Origin: a virus
Taxonomy: Duplodnaviria > Caudoviricetes
DNA length: 64,000 nt
Strand: one strand, 5' to 3'
Virus record (IMG/VR): IMGVR_UViG_3300020577_012390
Location: 21,396-85,395 of that record
Part shown: positions 60,387 through 64,000 of the stretch, piece after piece
Numbering within the stretch: position 1 is the stretch's first letter
How the letters are laid out: the number at the start of each line of letters is the position of its first letter
The notes under the pieces: model-generated
What the model saw: only the letters and a program-made list of their open reading frames with translations
What the model was told of the DNA's origin: nothing
Databases searched by the model: none
Made by a program: the position numbers and the translations under genes

Positions 60387-62572
60387 TGGGAACCCCAGGT
60401 CTGAGCACTCTTGTTGAGGATTATACAGCTCTCGATTTCGAGACTCTCCGTGATGGGCTGATCGCGTTCGCGCAGCGCAGGTTCCCGAACGAAAAATGGA
60501 CGGATTTCAACGACGCCAATTTCGGTACCTTCCTGATCGAGCTTCTGGCGGAGATCGGGGAGCGGTTGGCGTACACCCAGAACGCCCGCTTCCTGGAGAC
60601 CATCCCCATCCTCGCTCGGAGGGAGGGGAACTTTATTCGGCTGGCCAAATCCCTCAGTTTCGCGATGAAGGAGGCGACCTCGGGCTCGGTCTCCCTCCGG
60701 ATCTACAACCTGACCGACCCCTCGACGCCGTACTCGTTCCCCATCTCCTCCCACCAGCAGTTCGGGTCGGACGACGGGACGATCTTCCAGCCGCTCACGG
60801 ACCTGGTCATCAGCTCGGCTTCTCTCGTTTTTGACCCGGTCAAATATGGCTATTACGTCGACATCGACGTCACGAGTGGCCAGGAAATCTACCAGGAAAA
60901 CCTGGCGACCTCTGATGGGAAGCCCAGCCAGGTGTACCCCCTCTCCTCGGGCCCTCTCCTCGAAGGAACCCTCCTGGTCCTGGTCAACGGCGCCGAGTAC
61001 ACCGAGGTCTCCAGCCTGGTCGAGTACGGGACCGGGGATAAGGTTTTCACCAGAGCCATTTCCGAAGACGGGGACACGGTGCTGACCTTCGGGGATGGAG
61101 TCTACGGAGTCATCCCGCCCACCGGATCAACGATTCTCGCCACCTACAAAATCGGTACCGGGACGGATGCCCAACTCCCCCCGGAGGCGGTCAACCAGAT
61201 CCTCAGCACCTCGGACGGGTCGGAGGTTTCGGGGTACCTCACGGGGGCGGCCTGCTTGAACCTGGCGAAGGTTTCGGGTGCGGGACCCCGGCAGACCCTC
61301 GACAACGCGAAGCAAAGCCTTCCTGCGGCGGTTGCGGCGAACAATCGAGGGGTGTCCCTGGACGACTATGCCGCCCTGGTCGTCAAGAACGTTCCCGGGG
61401 TCCTCCGAGCCTCTTCGATGGCGGGTAGGTACATCGGAGGGGTCAGCACCATCATTCTCCTGATCGTCCCCCAAGGTCTCGGGGAGGTGACGGCCAGCCT
61501 CTACAATCAGGTGGTCATCGCGCTCAGGGGGAAGAAATCGGCGGGGAGGCGGCCCATCCCCACCACGGCGGTCTACGTCTCTCTGAAGCTGGAGGTAGAC
61601 GTTTTTATCCGCTCGAACTACGCGAGCGGTTCGGTGGTTCAGGCCGTGAAGACGTCGATCCTGGACCTCTTCGACCCATCGAAGGTGGACTTCGCCCCGC
61701 AGTTTGCGCTCCAGACCCTCTACGATTTCGTCACCCCCGACGCCATCTCCGGGGTTTTGCGGATTTTCGTGCGCCGGTTTTCTATCGACCCATACATGGG
61801 CCGGTACGTCACCCTGGGAACCACAGGGAATGGCGTTGCTGTGGGTTTGAAAACCAATAAGTTGATCGCCCAGAGGAGGGAATGGAACGTGCGGATCGTC
61901 ACCCCACAGGCCCCCTTCTCCTGCCGGCAGTTCGAGGTCCGACAGCGACAGATGGGCACCATCTCGATGATCTCGGACACGACCGTCACCGATGAGCAGG
62001 GAAACTACGTCGAGAATTCCCTGGTCGGGTGGAGCCTGGTGGTCCGACCCTTGGAAGGGACGACCCCGAAAGCCGTGGTTTCTAACACCCAGAATTCCAT
62101 TACCGTGGCGGGCGGCCTTCTTCTCCTGGGTGGACCCGATGAGCCCTATGTGGTCGAGTTCCTGGAGGCGAGGGGGAAGGTGCTCACCTCGATCCTGTCC
62201 TCCGCGGCGGCCGGCTCGAACGTGGTCCAGGTCGATTCGGTGGCTGACTGGACGGTGGGCGACAACGCGATCCTGGTTGACGCCAGCGGTAACGAAATTG
62301 CCAGGGTGAAAATCACCATCGTCGGCGGTTCCAGCCTCACCCTGGACACGGTCGTCACGGCGGCGTCCGGCAGCAAGATCCACTACCTCTGGAAGAGCGC
62401 GGACGGCCAGATCGAGGTCGCGTTCCCCGATGGGGCTACCGCCTGGGTGGTCGGAGACGAGTTCTACGTGGACACCTACCCCGAGGCCGGTGACCTTCTT
62501 TTGAGGCCGGAGAATTACGTTACGTTCGACGAGGCGGACCTCGTGCTAAACTCCATCGGAGGGATCAAGTTA
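60383..62572 (+). CDS. baseplate J-like protein; ends at TTA
   Basis: DYT..DFE; WTDFN...G; SDG.P.Q.Y; FGDG..G.IP; NRGVS..DY. Confidence 0.9.
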
Positions 62573-63342
62573 TGGTTGCTTCGGCTCTCAAATTCACTCA
62601 GGGGATCTACACCGATTCGCCGGGAAAGGCGGTCCAGGGGCGTCCTTCGGTGGCGGTCACGCTCTCGAACGGGGACAACACCGGAGTCACCAAATGGACC
62701 TACGAGCTGCTCGACGTCCCCAAGTTGAGCGCCGTGGCGGTGGCGGTCCTCTCTTCGGGCGGGACGGCTACCACGACCTTCACCCCCGACGTCCCCGGAT
62801 GCTACCGGGTCCGCGTCGTGGTCGAGGACGCGAACGGCCTCCAGGCGTCCGATACCCGGATGTTCGTCGCGCTGGACCACAACCGTCTGATTGCGCTCCC
62901 CGGGTTCAACAACGCGACAGATCAAGAGTACAATTACGGCTCGAATACGCGGGGGTGGACAGACCTTCTGGAGAGGTTCAGCGCCGAACTCATGGCGAAT
63001 ATGCCGTACGTGACAATCGGTATCGAGATGTCCTCGGCCGCGGTCGTCTCCGCGAAATCAGGCCGAAGCGACATCCTGGCGGACGGGAGCCAGTTCACCT
63101 ACACCCCCGAGAACACGGGCTCCTGTCTCATCTCGTGGGCCCCGACTCTGTTTCCCACCCTGTCGAGCTTCAACCCGAGGGGGTACGCGATCAACGGCAC
63201 CTCGGACCCTCCGGGGGTGTCGAATATCAAGGTCGTCAACTGCACTCAAGTTTCCGCTACGTCCATGCGGGTGAACGTGATGGACATGGGCGGCAACCCG
63301 ATTGACGAAGACGGCGTCTACCTGGAGATCATGCCTCGATGA
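62572..63342 (+). CDS. putative tail/baseplate protein
   Basis: PKD/Ig-like N-terminus (FTPDVPG.Y.V..VV). Confidence 0.5.
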   Translation: MVASALKFTQGIYTDSPGKAVQGRPSVAVTLSNGDNTGVTKWTYELLDVPKLSAVAVAVLSSGGTATTTFTPDVPGCYRVRVVVEDANGLQASDTRMFVALDHNRLIALPGFNNATDQEYNYGSNTRGWTDLLERFSAELMANMPYVTIGIEMSSAAVVSAKSGRSDILADGSQFTYTPENTGSCLISWAPTLFPTLSSFNPRGYAINGTSDPPGVSNIKVVNCTQVSATSMRVNVMDMGGNPIDEDGVYLEIMPR

Positions 63343-64000
63343 GCGGCGCGGGAGTGATGGGTTTCGGGTCGGGTCCCTTCGGAGGGCCTGTTTCCGGTTT
63401 TGCGGTCCTACCTACCTCGACGGCGGCCTCCGGGTCATCCGTCGATCTGGAATTCACGGAGCCATATCTCGTAACCATCGCTCTCCTGAACCCGTCGAGT
63501 TATTCGATTGATGGGGGTCTGAAGGTGCTCGCGGTCGGATTCGTCTCTTCGACGAAGATTCGGCTCTACACCTCCCCTCAAATCGCGGGGAAGAGCTACC
63601 AAATAACGGTAATTGGGGCGGTCGTAAACCTCAGCAACCAGTCTCTCACCTCGAAGGTGAGCACATTCGTCGGTCTTGACCCCTCGGATGCGAAGTTCGT
63701 CGTCTCCGCCCTGAAGGGGGAGACCCTTTGCGAAGGGAACAGCGTCAAGCTCACCTGGACGAATCCGCTATTTGGAGTTCAGAACGTGAAAATCGTTCGC
63801 AAGCTCCGAGGGTGGGTGTTCGACCCTGCCAGCGATCCGGGCGACGTCCTCTACAATGGGGCGGCCATCTCGGAGTTCACCGACACCGGACGCGTAGATG
63901 GCCATTTCTATTACTACACGGAGCCCATCTCGACGAGCGGCGTTCCCACGTCCTACGACGTCAGCGATGCCTCGCGGGTGATGGTTCTCTCGGTGAAACC
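63339..64000 (+). CDS. FN3-like tail protein, truncated by window edge
   Basis: Open to 64000; VKLTWTNP..FTDTG...FYYY. Confidence 0.6.
   Translation, partial: MSGAGVMGFGSGPFGGPVSGFAVLPTSTAASGSSVDLEFTEPYLVTIALLNPSSYSIDGGLKVLAVGFVSSTKIRLYTSPQIAGKSYQITVIGAVVNLSNQSLTSKVSTFVGLDPSDAKFVVSALKGETLCEGNSVKLTWTNPLFGVQNVKIVRKLRGWVFDPASDPGDVLYNGAAISEFTDTGRVDGHFYYYTEPISTSGVPTSYDVSDASRVMVLSVK

Noticed and set aside
52364-62572. Stand-alone extracellular contractile injection system
   Set aside because: Tail genes are contiguous with capsid, portal, terminase and a tape measure, so this is a phage
1-64000. Many long antisense or alternate-frame ORFs in the track (e.g. 49894-51780 -, 53876-56017 -, 6627-8090 -)
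   Set aside because: Shadows of GC3-rich genes on the opposite strand; R/G/P-rich translations with no motifs or RBS
1-64000. TAG or TGA stop-to-sense recoding as in some large phages
   Set aside because: Long conserved genes are uninterrupted under code 11, and TGA/TAG occur at normal gene ends

Overview
64-kb segment of a large, GC-rich (roughly two-thirds by eye, not computed) tailed dsDNA phage with a contractile tail. The host cannot be determined from this window. Layout: 0-19 kb recombination, DNA-modification and accessory genes; 19.1-20.2 kb a repeat-rich non-coding block; 20-29 kb early-type small genes with one reverse-strand operon carrying a GH25 lysin; 29.7-33.6 kb queC-like/queC/queF/terL; 33.7-64 kb virion genes (decoration/fibre proteins, SGNH esterase, portal, scaffold, N4-gp56-type major capsid, neck, sheath, tube, frameshifted chaperone, tape measure, baseplate). 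The phage encodes a full 7-deazaguanine (preQ1) pathway: folE, queD, queE, queC and queF plus a DpdA-like transglycosylase, a second divergent QueC, a SAM methyltransferase and a Nmad1/DUF1599 protein. The strongest unexplained signal is the codon TTA. I found 35 in-frame TTA codons in plausible genes, all at gene ends (11 as TTATG stop/start overlaps, several splitting apparent fusions such as QueF-TerL), and none inside a gene. Either UUA acts as a fourth stop or stall codon, or TGA stops were systematically miscalled as TTA at hypermodified G. A strand-symmetric TCA>TAA pattern at synonymous sites makes the miscall explanation at least as likely. CDS ends below are given at the TTA where one occurs.
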